From Candidatus Nomurabacteria bacterium (lineage in GTDB: Bacteria; Patescibacteriota; Minisyncoccia; Phycocordibacterales; UBA9973), in assembly GCA_029288725.1 (NCBI GenBank), contig JARIGS010000010.1, positions 23,947-87,946 on the forward strand: DNA of 64,000 bases. Direction: 5' to 3'. The notes beneath the pieces are model-generated. The model made no database searches, was not told the DNA's origin, and was given only the letters and a program-made list of their open reading frames with translations. Positions 48,249 to 58,581 of this stretch are shown piece by piece (position 1 is the first letter of the stretch; the number at the start of each line of letters is the position of its first letter). Position numbers and translations under genes: made by a program.

Positions 48249-49724
48249 ATGAATAGGATCAAACAATGGTGGCAGGCTTCCAGCCGCAAAAAGAAAATTA
48301 TTACCGGAAGTATCGTAGCACTTGTCGTCATTATCATCATCCTAATTGCGAAAAAGCATTCCGCTACCCCGGCTTTGTCTGCCACGGTTCAGCAAGGCAA
48401 TGTAGTCAGCTCCGTTGTGCTTTCCGGTACCACTGAATCTGCCAGTGCAGTTAGTCTTGGATTTGCCGATCAGGGACGCATCAGCAGCGTAAAGGTGAAG
48501 GAGGGTGACAAGGTCCATGCCGGACAGGTTATCGCTTCACTTGATACTGCTGACTTGCAGGCATCATTGAAAAACGCCCAGGCGGCACTTGTGATCGCCA
48601 AGGCAAACGCCACCAACAATACCATCAATCTCGCAACCGTTACTGACCAGCAGGATACCTTGGTTCAGAATGCTTACAATACCCTGCTTTCTGATCACTT
48701 GCAGGCTACGCCCGTGAACCTTTCCACCTCTGCGACCGCACCGACTATTACCGGTGCCTACAGCGGTCCGATGGGACAGTATGTCATCAATGTCTTTACC
48801 TCCGGTTCAAATAGCGGCTTTTCATTTACTGTATCCGGTTTGGAAAGTGGCTTTACGACTGAGGCTGCAACCAATACTGCTGTACCGCTAGGGTCTCATG
48901 GCTTGTACATTCAGTTCCAGGCCGGTCAGCCGTATGGCAATAGCCAATGGGTCGTCAATATTCCCAATACCAAGTCCAGTACCTACACTGCCAACGTCAA
49001 TGCGTACAATGCCGCTGTGGCTGCCCGTACTCAGGCCATTGCTAATGCGACTGCTTCCCTTGCTGCCCGCAATGACAACCAGTCCGTTGCCAATGCCCAG
49101 GTCACCCAGGCCCAGGCAACCATTGATGGCATCATGGCGCAGATGCAGAAGCGCGAAATCATCGCACCGTTTGACGGCGTGGTGGCAGCCGTGAACGTCA
49201 AGCCGGGGCAGACGACTAACTCATTCAATCCAAGCGGCAACAGCAGCGATGCAGCCAATGCCAACATTTCCCTCATTTCTGAAAATGATTATGAAGTCGT
49301 ACTGAAGACACCGGAAATCGATGTTGCCTCTCTTGCCGTTGGACAGCCTGTCTCATTGAAGCTTGATGCTTTTCCTGGTGAATCATTCCCTGCTACCATT
49401 ACCAGCATCAACCCGGCTGAAACTATCGTTGATGGCGTACCGGTGTATCAGACCAAGGTTGCCTTCACTACCATTGACCCCCGCATTCGTTCCGGTATGA
49501 CTGCGACGGCAACGATCACGGTCGGTGAAAAGGACAATGTTCTTATCCTTCCAGTATCGTTTATTCACACTGACAGTCGTGGTTCATATGTCTATGTTGC
49601 CAACGCTAACAACAAGCACACCACGCAGCAAAGTGTTGTGACTGGCCTTCGTGGTAGTGACAGTACGGTAGAGATCATTAGTGGCCTTACTGCCGGACAG
49701 ACGGTGCTGTCTGACGCGCAATAA
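48249..49724 (+). CDS. MacA-like membrane fusion/adaptor protein
   Basis: VKEGDKV..GQ, APFDGVV, GMTA, VEIISGL. Confidence 0.88.
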   Translation: MNRIKQWWQASSRKKKIITGSIVALVVIIIILIAKKHSATPALSATVQQGNVVSSVVLSGTTESASAVSLGFADQGRISSVKVKEGDKVHAGQVIASLDTADLQASLKNAQAALVIAKANATNNTINLATVTDQQDTLVQNAYNTLLSDHLQATPVNLSTSATAPTITGAYSGPMGQYVINVFTSGSNSGFSFTVSGLESGFTTEAATNTAVPLGSHGLYIQFQAGQPYGNSQWVVNIPNTKSSTYTANVNAYNAAVAARTQAIANATASLAARNDNQSVANAQVTQAQATIDGIMAQMQKREIIAPFDGVVAAVNVKPGQTTNSFNPSGNSSDAANANISLISENDYEVVLKTPEIDVASLAVGQPVSLKLDAFPGESFPATITSINPAETIVDGVPVYQTKVAFTTIDPRIRSGMTATATITVGEKDNVLILPVSFIHTDSRGSYVYVANANNKHTTQQSVVTGLRGSDSTVEIISGLTAGQTVLSDAQ

Positions 49725-49725
49725 T

Positions 49726-50982
49726 ATGGCATCATTTGGCCAATCAGTCAGAGTTGGTATCTTTCTCGGCACGCGCCAGTTGCGTCGGGCCAATCGTTCA
49801 ACCACCGTACTGATCATTTCGATCATGACTTTCACCTTCCTGAACCTCGTGGTCGTATCCGGTATCTTGGTCGGGCTTATTGTCGGCGGCAACATTGCCA
49901 ATCGTAATCAGTACACTGGTGACGTCATTGCCACTACCCTTTCTGGCAAGGGTGCCATTGATCACTCCCAGGATTTCATTGCCACTCTGGCGCATGATCC
50001 CCAAGTTACTGCCTATACTGCCCGTTTCCTCGGCGGTGGCACGATTGAGGCAAATTACAAAACTCGTACTGACTTTGCCAACAAGGCCAATAGTGTCGGC
50101 GCGCAGCTAGCCGGGGTCGATCCGACACAGGAAGACAATTTCTCTCACATTTCAAACTACGTTGTTGAGGGTAAGTTTCTCGACCCAACTGAAAGTGGAT
50201 ATATTGTGCTTGGTTCTGATATTCTCGATCGCTACTCCGCATCATTTGGACAGGGCTTTGATTCACTGAAAAATGTCTATCCTGGTGACACGGTTAAGGT
50301 GACCGTCGGTACGAACACTCGTGAATTCATTGTTAAGGGCATTGTGAAGTCCAAGGTTGGGCAGGTATCACTTCGTTCATTCATCAGCAATGCTGATTTC
50401 ATTCAGCTTTCAGGACGGACTGATTTGGATGTGAATGAGATTGCCGTGGAACACAATGCCACCATTACCGACGATCAGATGAAAGCCCGCTTGGTCGCTG
50501 ACGGCTTTGACAAGAACGCTCAGATTCAGACTGCGACTGAGGCCATTCCGGACTTTTTGACCCAGATCAAGACCGCATTTAGTCTGCTCGGTAATCTTAT
50601 CGGTGCAATCGGTATCGTGGTCGGTTCCATCACGATCTTCATCGTGGTCTTCATCAATGCCGTGACGCGTAAGAAGTTCATCGGTATTTTGAAAGGCATC
50701 GGCGTATCGCCATTGGCCATTCAGGTTTCCTACCTGCTCCAGTCATTGTTCTACGGTCTCTCAGGATCATTGCTCGGCAGTCTAATCCTCTATGGATTGC
50801 TGGTGCCAGCATTCAATGCCCACCCATTGAACTTCCCCTTCTCTGACGGTATTCTGGTGGCTGATGTACCGACGACCATTGTTCGCATTATCATTCTCCT
50901 GATCGTGACACTGATTGCTGGTTACATCCCTGCCCGTATGATCATCAAGAAAAACACCCTTGATAGCATTTTAGGACGATAA
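49726..50982 (+). CDS. FtsX/MacB-type ABC permease
   Basis: TM + large loop + RKKFIGILKGIG, YIPAR. Confidence 0.88.
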   Translation: MASFGQSVRVGIFLGTRQLRRANRSTTVLIISIMTFTFLNLVVVSGILVGLIVGGNIANRNQYTGDVIATTLSGKGAIDHSQDFIATLAHDPQVTAYTARFLGGGTIEANYKTRTDFANKANSVGAQLAGVDPTQEDNFSHISNYVVEGKFLDPTESGYIVLGSDILDRYSASFGQGFDSLKNVYPGDTVKVTVGTNTREFIVKGIVKSKVGQVSLRSFISNADFIQLSGRTDLDVNEIAVEHNATITDDQMKARLVADGFDKNAQIQTATEAIPDFLTQIKTAFSLLGNLIGAIGIVVGSITIFIVVFINAVTRKKFIGILKGIGVSPLAIQVSYLLQSLFYGLSGSLLGSLILYGLLVPAFNAHPLNFPFSDGILVADVPTTIVRIIILLIVTLIAGYIPARMIIKKNTLDSILGR

Positions 50983-50994
50983 TATTTTTACCAT

Positions 50995-51657
50995 ATGATT
51001 ACCGCATCAAACATTACAAAAACATTCAAGAACGGCAGCGTTGAAACGCAGGTCCTCAAAGGTATCGATCTCACTATCGCTCAGGGCGAGTTCGTGGCCA
51101 TCATGGGTAAGTCTGGGGCCGGCAAGTCCACCCTGCTCTATCAGCTTGGCTTGCTTGACCACCCAACGACCGGTGAGATTATTATTGATGGTACTAATAC
51201 CACCTCGCTTTCTCACGCTGACCGTACGACATTTCGCCTGAATGAATTGGGATACATTTTCCAGGACTACGCATTGCTTCCAGAGCTGACAGCAATCGAA
51301 AACGTCATGGTGCCACTGCTGATGCAGGGCAAGTCTGATGAAGAGGCGCGGGCTATCAGTCTCGCCTCCCTTGATCGTATTGGTTTGGCTCATAAGGAGA
51401 ACAACTTACCAAACCAGCTTTCTGGTGGCGAACAGCAGCGTGTGTCCATCGCTCGTGCCGTTGCTCACAATCCCAAGATTCTCTTTGCCGATGAACCGAC
51501 CGCCAACCTCGACAGCGAATCCGGCGATGCCGTCCTGGCAATCTTCAAGGACCTTCACGACAAGGGTCAGACCATCGTGATGGTCACTCACGAACCCGAA
51601 TACACCGTTCACTGCAACCGCATCATCACTATTGCTGACGGTAAGGCATCAGAATAA
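50995..51657 (+). CDS. ABC transporter ATP-binding protein (LolD/MacB-like)
   Basis: GKSGAGKST, LSGGEQQR, DEPT. Confidence 0.93.
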   Translation: MITASNITKTFKNGSVETQVLKGIDLTIAQGEFVAIMGKSGAGKSTLLYQLGLLDHPTTGEIIIDGTNTTSLSHADRTTFRLNELGYIFQDYALLPELTAIENVMVPLLMQGKSDEEARAISLASLDRIGLAHKENNLPNQLSGGEQQRVSIARAVAHNPKILFADEPTANLDSESGDAVLAIFKDLHDKGQTIVMVTHEPEYTVHCNRIITIADGKASE

Positions 51658-51798
51658 TAAAGTTTAAATAAAAAGGGGTCAGACCCCTTTTTATAGTTTC
51701 TTTATTTTCCAGGAGGTCCGGCCTTTTCTCTTTAATCTCCGGTTTGTTGACTAATTATTTAAATATGTTAATTTAACGATAAATCAAAATACATTGTT

Positions 51799-52365
51799 AT
51801 GGCAAGAGATCCTTATGCAAAGACAGTGGTCACAAAGGCTGACCAGAGTTTTCCTTGTACAAAAAAGAACGATTTTCTTTTTCATCCTATTTCAAATGGA
51901 GACCATATTTATGAAATGAATATGCCTTGGGGGTATGAGCTTGAATATACTGAGGATGAATCAATAAAGCGTAAATTTGTTGAGGATTTTATTCTCACCG
52001 TTATTCAAAAAGCTCCAAAACGACACACTTTCTTTTTTGGAAGATTTGTTTTACAGGAAAGCCTAAGCTTCGAATTTGAAGGAAAAGAGATAGAGTTGTA
52101 TAAGAACAGGCAAACATATGATCCGGTTTTATATGTATTCGACAATCTTTCTGGTGGTGCGCCTCGCAAGTTGGTTAAGCTCGGAGATATCCCTAAACAT
52201 AGGGATATCGACAGTTATTACAACGCCAGCATTACCTGGAGAGATATTAAGAATTACCCCGATGACCCGTGCTTCCTTCTTACCAAGAGTTCTTTTATGC
52301 AACATAACCAGAATGTTCGCTTTACATCAGTAGTACTGACCAGCGAGCTTTCCGTGCATGTTTAA
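51799..52365 (+). CDS. hypothetical protein
   Basis: 188-aa AT-rich ORF with TTGACT promoter-like box and downstream hairpin. Confidence 0.55.
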   Translation: MARDPYAKTVVTKADQSFPCTKKNDFLFHPISNGDHIYEMNMPWGYELEYTEDESIKRKFVEDFILTVIQKAPKRHTFFFGRFVLQESLSFEFEGKEIELYKNRQTYDPVLYVFDNLSGGAPRKLVKLGDIPKHRDIDSYYNASITWRDIKNYPDDPCFLLTKSSFMQHNQNVRFTSVVLTSELSVHV

Positions 52366-52425
52366 TTTAAAAAAGATTATCACTAACACCTTTCTCGCTT
52401 CATTGACGGGAAAGGTGTTTTATTA

Positions 52426-53685
52426 TTAGGCATTCGAACCAGCGACGTAGCCAGTCGTCCAGCAGAGTTGAAGTGAGAAACCACCGGAAGGGCGAGTGAT
52501 ATGGAGGAGATCGCCGGTGATGTAGAGATTGGTGAAGAGCTTGGAACGCATGGTCTTCATGTCCATTTCGGTCAGTGGAATGCCGCCATCGGCGACAACG
52601 GCACGGTCAAAGCCCATCAGTCCAGTGATGGTCAGCGGCAGTGCCTTAAGCATATTCACCAGCTCCTTGCGCTGTTCCTTCGTGACGCTGTGCACTTTTA
52701 ATTCTCGGTCTAGGTTTGGTAACAATGAGAACACCGCTTCAATGGTGCCGTGGGGTACGATTTCATCCATCACGTTTTTCAGTAATTTATTTTTGTTGGC
52801 ATCAAATACGCTGATGATCTTTTGCTCCAATGCCCCATGGTCAGTATCAGGATACGCATCAATGGTGGCGGTTACCTTTCCAGCGTGTAATAAATCTGCA
52901 ACTTCACCGGCACTATTAAGAATTAACGGACCAGATAAGCCGAAATGGGTAAATAGTAATTTTCCTGTTTTTGAAAAAGCTTTTTTCTTTTGTTTTCCCT
53001 CTTCGACAAAGAATGTGATTTTCATAAATGACAATGACGTACCGGACAGTGACTTCACCCACGGTTCCTTAACGGCCAGCGGTACGATGGTCGGTGTCGG
53101 GTCAGCGACCGTATGCCCTAGGGCTTTCAACCAGTTAAACCCATCACCCGTTGAGCCGGTTTCCTGATGCGACAATCCTCCTGTTGCTAGAACATATGAA
53201 GTGGCAGTATAGAGCGTTTTCCCTACGCTGACACCAGTAATACGATTGTCCTCATGATGAATACGGCTCACTTCGCTGTTGGTCATAATGGTAACCTTAC
53301 CCTTGGCCATGTAGCGTTCCATAGCCCTGAATACATCGATTGATTTCTCAGTATGAGGAAAGGCACGCTTGCGGGCCTGCACCACCAACGGCAATCCAAG
53401 ATTTTCAAAAAACGTAAACGTATCCTTGTTGCTGAATTGTGAAAATGCCGAATATAAAAACTGTTCGGCACTTTTATAGTGTTTCAAAAAAAGTCGTGTG
53501 TCTTCTTCGGCATTGGTAATATTGCATCGTCCTCCCCCGCTGATTTTTAATTTCTCACCAAGCTGGGCATTCTTTTCCAATACAAGCACCCTCTTACCGA
53601 GCTCTCCTGCTCGGCCTGCCGCCATGATGCCTGAAGGTCCACCACCAATCACGATCACATCATATTGCTTGTCGAGAGTAGTCAT
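52426..53685 (-). CDS. HI0933/BaiN family flavoprotein
   Basis: GGGPSG, ISGGGRCN, ATGG, FTHFGLSGP. Confidence 0.92.
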   Translation of the reverse strand: MTTLDKQYDVIVIGGGPSGIMAAGRAGELGKRVLVLEKNAQLGEKLKISGGGRCNITNAEEDTRLFLKHYKSAEQFLYSAFSQFSNKDTFTFFENLGLPLVVQARKRAFPHTEKSIDVFRAMERYMAKGKVTIMTNSEVSRIHHEDNRITGVSVGKTLYTATSYVLATGGLSHQETGSTGDGFNWLKALGHTVADPTPTIVPLAVKEPWVKSLSGTSLSFMKITFFVEEGKQKKKAFSKTGKLLFTHFGLSGPLILNSAGEVADLLHAGKVTATIDAYPDTDHGALEQKIISVFDANKNKLLKNVMDEIVPHGTIEAVFSLLPNLDRELKVHSVTKEQRKELVNMLKALPLTITGLMGFDRAVVADGGIPLTEMDMKTMRSKLFTNLYITGDLLHITRPSGGFSLQLCWTTGYVAGSNA

Positions 53686-53686
53686 A

Positions 53687-55156
53687 TTATTTGTCTAAAT
53701 CCAATACCTCATCAATGCGAATCTGGTGGACGAATTCCGGTACGTGGGAGACCAGGATCATTGCCCCAGCATAGCTGCTCAATGCCTTGGCAATGACCGG
53801 TAAGTGGCGGAAGTTGATGTGGTTAGTCGGCTCGTCGAGAATGAGCAGTCCCGGCTCCATCAGCACCAATGTCGCAAATGCCACCAAGCCCTTCTGGCCT
53901 TCTGAGAGGTTGCCGATCTGAGTATTGATAATGTCCGACGTGATCAGGAAGCTTGCTGCCACTGAACGCACGCGCTCTTCATTGGGGCGCAGGCCAGCGC
54001 TTGCCATCGCACCGCGAAGGGCCTGATATGGGCTCTCATTGAAGTTAAGGGTTGAAAAGTCCTGACGATAATACCCAACACGGACATTACGGCCAATGCT
54101 TGAGCCTTTGGCAGTGCCATTAGCGATGGATTCGAGCAGCGTGCTTTTGCCGATACCGTTCGGCCCCTTGAGAAGGAGGTGCTGGTTTCGCTTGAGCGAG
54201 ATGGTAGCTTTGCGCTCAGTCACCTTGTGATTTTTTAGTACGGTAAATGAGCTAATGCCGATGATTTCACCAACAATGTCTTCTTGTACAGGAATGGTAA
54301 ATGGACGAATGGTTTTGTCTTCCTTGCGGACATCGACAATGTCTTCCTCCAGCTCCTCGGCTTTCTCGCGCATGCGTTTGGCCACGAGACGCATCTGACC
54401 ACCCTTGTAGGCGAACTGATTGGCCTTCTCCTTTTTGGCCTGGATTTCCTTTGCCAACATGGCATTTTTCATGTTTTCCTTTTCGATACGAACGGCAATG
54501 TCACGAACGACGTCATTGTAGTTACCAACATACTGCTCGATCTTGCGGGTAAAGATGTCGAGATAAAAGACTCCTTCAGTAAAGGCATTGAGAAAGGCAG
54601 CATCATGGGAAATGACCAAGACGGTTTTCTTGTAATCAATAAGAAACTTTGTCAGATGGGCAATGCCAGCCGTATCAAGGTTATTGGTCGGCTCGTCGAG
54701 CAGCAACAAATCCGGATCCTGGATTAAAGCAGAGGCCAACAGCAAGCGTGCCTGCTGTCCACCAGAAAAGCTTTTGATTAGTCGCTCATGAATGTCTTTG
54801 ACAGAAAGGTTCACGACTTCAAGTACGGCGTCAATTTTTGGATCGATATCATAGACCTTCTGGGAAAACTGGCTTTCGAAGAACTCTCGCACCGTCCATT
54901 CCATCTGTTCACGAGGAATAACCTGTCGGGCAGTGGCTACGGTCGTGCCTTTGACGATGTTGATGGTCCCGTGTTCGGGCGTAAAGACCCCGGTCAGGAG
55001 GTTAAAGATGGTGCTTTTGCCGGCGCCGTTCTGTCCCATAAGGGTAAATTTGGCACCTTTGCGGATCGAAAAAGATACCTCGTCGAGAATGGGCTTGGTA
55101 GCGCTATATTCGAATGAGACATTCTCAAATCGAACGATTGTTTCGGCTTTTGACAT
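53687..55156 (-). CDS. ABC-F family ATPase
   Basis: Two ABC domains (GQNGAGKS, GPNGIGKS, DEPTN twice), no TM; start reassigned to 55156. Confidence 0.9.
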   Translation of the reverse strand: MSKAETIVRFENVSFEYSATKPILDEVSFSIRKGAKFTLMGQNGAGKSTIFNLLTGVFTPEHGTINIVKGTTVATARQVIPREQMEWTVREFFESQFSQKVYDIDPKIDAVLEVVNLSVKDIHERLIKSFSGGQQARLLLASALIQDPDLLLLDEPTNNLDTAGIAHLTKFLIDYKKTVLVISHDAAFLNAFTEGVFYLDIFTRKIEQYVGNYNDVVRDIAVRIEKENMKNAMLAKEIQAKKEKANQFAYKGGQMRLVAKRMREKAEELEEDIVDVRKEDKTIRPFTIPVQEDIVGEIIGISSFTVLKNHKVTERKATISLKRNQHLLLKGPNGIGKSTLLESIANGTAKGSSIGRNVRVGYYRQDFSTLNFNESPYQALRGAMASAGLRPNEERVRSVAASFLITSDIINTQIGNLSEGQKGLVAFATLVLMEPGLLILDEPTNHINFRHLPVIAKALSSYAGAMILVSHVPEFVHQIRIDEVLDLDK

Positions 55157-55190
55157 AATGATGGCAAGTGTATCATAATAAGCGTTATCT

Positions 55191-56231
55191 ATGAACACTG
55201 CCGTTTCGCGGGCTTCAAAAAAACTGCTCACCGTACCCAATGTCATTTTTCTCGTATTGTGCTGCGTGGTGATGTACCTGATCTTCAAGAATGTTGCCCA
55301 AATCAAGGCCATTGATGAACTGTTTCGACAGATTGATGATCGGTGGATCATTATTGCCATCGCGTCTCAGCTCATTACCTATCTTGCAACGACCGCTATT
55401 TACTACGCCCTGATTAATCGCTTCAAGGGCCCGCATGGCAGTGTCGGCTTTGTGGACATGCTCAAGCTCTCTATTGTCAGCATCTTCATTAATCAGATTG
55501 TGCCGAGTGGCGGTATTGGCGGCAATGGCTTTCTCTTTAATGAAATCACCAAGCGCGGTGTCACCCAGAAGAAAGCATTCTTCACTATTGTGATGGAATG
55601 CATCTATCTCTATGTGGCAATGCTGGTGCTTTTGATCACGCTTCCTTTGCTGTACCTGCTCAATCACAATGCCCTACCGCCATCATTTCTCATTGCCATC
55701 ATTTATGGATTCTTGCTCTACGGTGCATTGGCGGTACTGATGACGATACTAAGCGTTAAGGAAACCCTACAAAAGGCATTGAAGGCCATTTCCCGCATCA
55801 AGTTCTTGAGGCATTACGTCGAGGATATCACCTTCTCACCGCAGGGTACGTTTGCCGATCATCAGACGGAGGGACCATGGGGTATTTTTCGTAAATATAT
55901 AAAAGGTTCAATGGCGGTAGTGCTGCTGCAGATGGCAGTATTTTTTGCCGACGGATTGACGATATTTGCACTCTTGCAGGGATTGCATGTTCATACCTCC
56001 TTCCTTATCATCATCTTCGGTTTGTTGTTGACATTTGGTGTCGCCGCTATTCCGATCTCCCCTGGTTCGCTGCTCGTGTACGAAAGTGCCATGACATTCT
56101 TCTATACCAGCATGGGCATGCCGTTTCAGGCTGCCATTGTCGTTACCCTACTGTACCGCGTGTTGTCATTCTGGCTGCCGATTGGACTTGGTCTTGGACT
56201 GTACAAGCATGTACAAAAGCAAAGTATCTAG
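55191..56231 (+). CDS. LPG synthase TM-like / UPF0104 flippase family
   Basis: NQIVPSGGIGG, PISPG, YRVLSFWLP. Confidence 0.85.
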   Translation: MNTAVSRASKKLLTVPNVIFLVLCCVVMYLIFKNVAQIKAIDELFRQIDDRWIIIAIASQLITYLATTAIYYALINRFKGPHGSVGFVDMLKLSIVSIFINQIVPSGGIGGNGFLFNEITKRGVTQKKAFFTIVMECIYLYVAMLVLLITLPLLYLLNHNALPPSFLIAIIYGFLLYGALAVLMTILSVKETLQKALKAISRIKFLRHYVEDITFSPQGTFADHQTEGPWGIFRKYIKGSMAVVLLQMAVFFADGLTIFALLQGLHVHTSFLIIIFGLLLTFGVAAIPISPGSLLVYESAMTFFYTSMGMPFQAAIVVTLLYRVLSFWLPIGLGLGLYKHVQKQSI

Positions 56232-56281
56232 GCTATACTTTATAGCGAAGTACTACTACCTTTAAACAAATAACCTCTACT

Positions 56282-56500
56282 ATGAAAAAGCAGGCTTGGA
56301 CCAAACGAACCAATTGGAACGGCCTAATCCTCATCACGGGAACTGTATTGATTATCATTGCTTTTATAAATGGCAAATACGACTCCGGTGCAGTCTGTTT
56401 GTTATTCGGCATTGCTTCACTGGCCTATTTTTCCGGTGAATGTATAAAAGTCAAAAAACGAAAGCGCAAAGAACTGTTACAGCAAAAAGTTGAGCCCTAG
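56282..56500 (+). CDS. small membrane protein
   Basis: Two TM segments, basic tail. Confidence 0.5.
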   Translation: MKKQAWTKRTNWNGLILITGTVLIIIAFINGKYDSGAVCLLFGIASLAYFSGECIKVKKRKRKELLQQKVEP

Positions 56501-56520
56501 CTCAACTTTTATTTTTTATA

Positions 56521-57084
56521 CTAATAACGGCGCATGACGCTGCGTACTACTGCAACAATCTTTAATTCGTATTCAGGATAGATCGGTTTGAAGTCCTTGT
56601 TTGCCGGTTCAAGCCAAAGCTTGTTGTTTTTGCTGCGAAGATATTTCATCGTGAATTCTCCGTCAACTTGGGCAATGACGATGTCCCCGTCTTTGGCGGT
56701 GTTGGTGCGTTCTGCAACCACAATATCGCCATCATCAATATGGGCATCAATCATGGACTTTCCATCTACTTCAAAAAGATAGGTGGAAGCTTTTTTAGGC
56801 ACGAGATAGTCTTCGATGTTTAATGAGTCAGTCAGTAACTCTCCTGGTGCTGGTAAGCCGGCTTTCACTAAGCCGACCATGGGGATCTCATCGAAACTGC
56901 TGCTTGGAATGAGTTTGCCAAGCTTGTCCTTGGTCACGATACCGGCAGCGATGAGTTTGGTCACGACACGGTAGACGGCATTCTTGGACTTGAAGCCGAA
57001 AAGGCTCATCATTTCCGTATACGTCGGCATGCGACGCTTGGACTGGTAGAACGATATGAGTTTTTCCTTGTAGTCTGGTGTCAT
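56521..57084 (-). CDS. lexA: LexA repressor
   Basis: wHTH (MPTYTE...FKSKNAV), Ala-Gly site VKAG, Ser in GKSM, Lys in FTMK. Confidence 0.9.
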   Translation of the reverse strand: MTPDYKEKLISFYQSKRRMPTYTEMMSLFGFKSKNAVYRVVTKLIAAGIVTKDKLGKLIPSSSFDEIPMVGLVKAGLPAPGELLTDSLNIEDYLVPKKASTYLFEVDGKSMIDAHIDDGDIVVAERTNTAKDGDIVIAQVDGEFTMKYLRSKNNKLWLEPANKDFKPIYPEYELKIVAVVRSVMRRY

Positions 57085-57093
57085 AATACTAAC

Positions 57094-57279
57094 TTAGTAC
57101 GTGCTTGCCCTGAAGAACTTGAAGGGATGAAAGAATTGTACCAGAAAGTGGCGGTGCTTCGTAGGCTTGGCAAAGTGTGCGGAAATCAGAGAAAGGGACT
57201 GACCATGTTCAGCAATAGTTAATCGTTCAAGGCGAGTAAGTTCGTTTTTGAGAGCTTGTTGGAATGGAGTTGTTTTCAT
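57094..57279 (-). CDS. small hypothetical protein in lexA operon
   Basis: Tight spacing to neighbours. Confidence 0.5.
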   Translation of the reverse strand: MKTTPFQQALKNELTRLERLTIAEHGQSLSLISAHFAKPTKHRHFLVQFFHPFKFFRASTY

Positions 57280-57290
57280 ACGAGTGAATG

Positions 57291-57488
57291 TTAGGCAAAC
57301 AATGGGAAGACGCGGCTGATAATGCCTGTCTTGCCTTCGCGTTTCTGTTCGCGAATCTTCCGTACGATCATACGGTGCTTCCTGGCTTCCTCAACGTACT
57401 TTTGACCGCTCATGATTTTGCTATCGATGCGCTGATTGAGCGTGCGAAGCTGTCTTTCCAATGTGATGATGTATTCCTGTTGTGACAT
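57291..57488 (-). CDS. small basic hypothetical protein, first gene of lexA operon
   Basis: 65 aa; directly downstream of promoter with LexA-like box. Confidence 0.6.
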   Translation of the reverse strand: MSQQEYIITLERQLRTLNQRIDSKIMSGQKYVEEARKHRMIVRKIREQKREGKTGIISRVFPLFA

Positions 57489-57532
57489 ATAATAAACAAT
57501 AATTACTCCTTTTAACTACTCTTATAGTATAG

Positions 57533-57548
57533 GTGAACGATTGTTCAC
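57533..57548. promoter_or_regulatory. putative LexA operator
   Basis: GTGAAC-GATT-GTTCAC in the 17-bp spacer between minus-strand TTGCGT (57554-57549) and TATACT (57531-57526). Confidence 0.75.
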
Positions 57549-57659
57549 ACGCAAGTACATACCCTACCCATACTGTGGAAAACTCTTGAGGACCGACCTA
57601 AAGAATCAAATAAAAAAGCCCCCTGATTGGGGCTTGTCATGTTTATCGTCTGCTTCTCT

Positions 57660-57845
57660 TTAACGACGGTTATCCGGAGCAGGTTCATGTTCCATTCTTT
57701 TCAGAACCTCGTTACGGAGTTGGTCTTTGTCGAAAGGACTTTTTCCGTTGCCATTATCTTTGGCATCAAGTTCAACAGCGCGTTGGAAATGATGCAGCAA
57801 CTCATTGTTATTTAAACTAGTGAGCTCCTCGTTGTTCATGCACAT
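57660..57845 (-). CDS. small hypothetical protein
   Basis: 61 aa; TTGACT-N17-TAAGAT upstream. Confidence 0.5.
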   Translation of the reverse strand: MCMNNEELTSLNNNELLHHFQRAVELDAKDNGNGKSPFDKDQLRNEVLKRMEHEPAPDNRR

Positions 57846-57939
57846 AATTCTAGGATTAAATTAAGGTGAATTTTGCTCATCTTAGTCCCCCGCTTTGACA
57901 AAGTCAAGCAAGATGGTAAGGTAAATAAAACTTAAAAAT

Positions 57940-58239
57940 ATGAAAAAGATACTTAGCACCACTGGCCTTGTCGTTGAGCTTTTCTTGGCCGCCATCTTCT
58001 TAATGATCCCCGGGGCGGTAATAGCCCTAACATGCTTTTTGGTTATTCTGGCGATAAAAATTTTCGCTTATTATTTAATGCCCTGGTTATCAGTGTTTTT
58101 GGTCTTCAAAAACACTCACTGGATTTTAGGGGTATTATTGACGCTTGTTTTCTTTGTTCTCGGAAAATCATTGTATAAGCGAAAATTTTTTACCATAAAA
58201 AATCTCATTAATCCCGCTTTTCCGCTTTTTACAAATTGA
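57940..58239 (+). CDS. small membrane protein
   Basis: Hydrophobic; promoter-like box and downstream hairpin. Confidence 0.55.
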   Translation: MKKILSTTGLVVELFLAAIFLMIPGAVIALTCFLVILAIKIFAYYLMPWLSVFLVFKNTHWILGVLLTLVFFVLGKSLYKRKFFTIKNLINPAFPLFTN

Positions 58240-58280
58240 GCACTCATAGCAAAGGCCACCCTTTCGGGTGGCCTTTTTAT

Positions 58281-58559
58281 TTAGATCATTTCTACTTCCT
58301 TTTCTTCGTGACGTTCCTCGTCAGTCATTGGGCGGTCTTCACCCTGGGCAAGTCCTTCAAGACGAGCTTTTTCGTTTGCACTCCATGCTGCCATTTCTTC
58401 AGGAGACATATTTTTCATATCTTCAACGATTTTCTTGTGCGCTTCGTCATCCGTGCTCATTACATGGGTATTGCCATTTTCAATTACTTCTTCAGGAGTG
58501 TTCCCTTTGATTTCTGCATCACAAGGTCCGCCCATATCTTTACATGTTGTTACTATCAT
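58281..58559 (-). CDS. DUF1059-like small metal-binding protein
   Basis: CKDMGGPC...H...H. Confidence 0.7.
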   Translation of the reverse strand: MIVTTCKDMGGPCDAEIKGNTPEEVIENGNTHVMSTDDEAHKKIVEDMKNMSPEEMAAWSANEKARLEGLAQGEDRPMTDEERHEEKEVEMI

Positions 58560-58581
58560 AATTGTGTTACTCGTTTATCTA

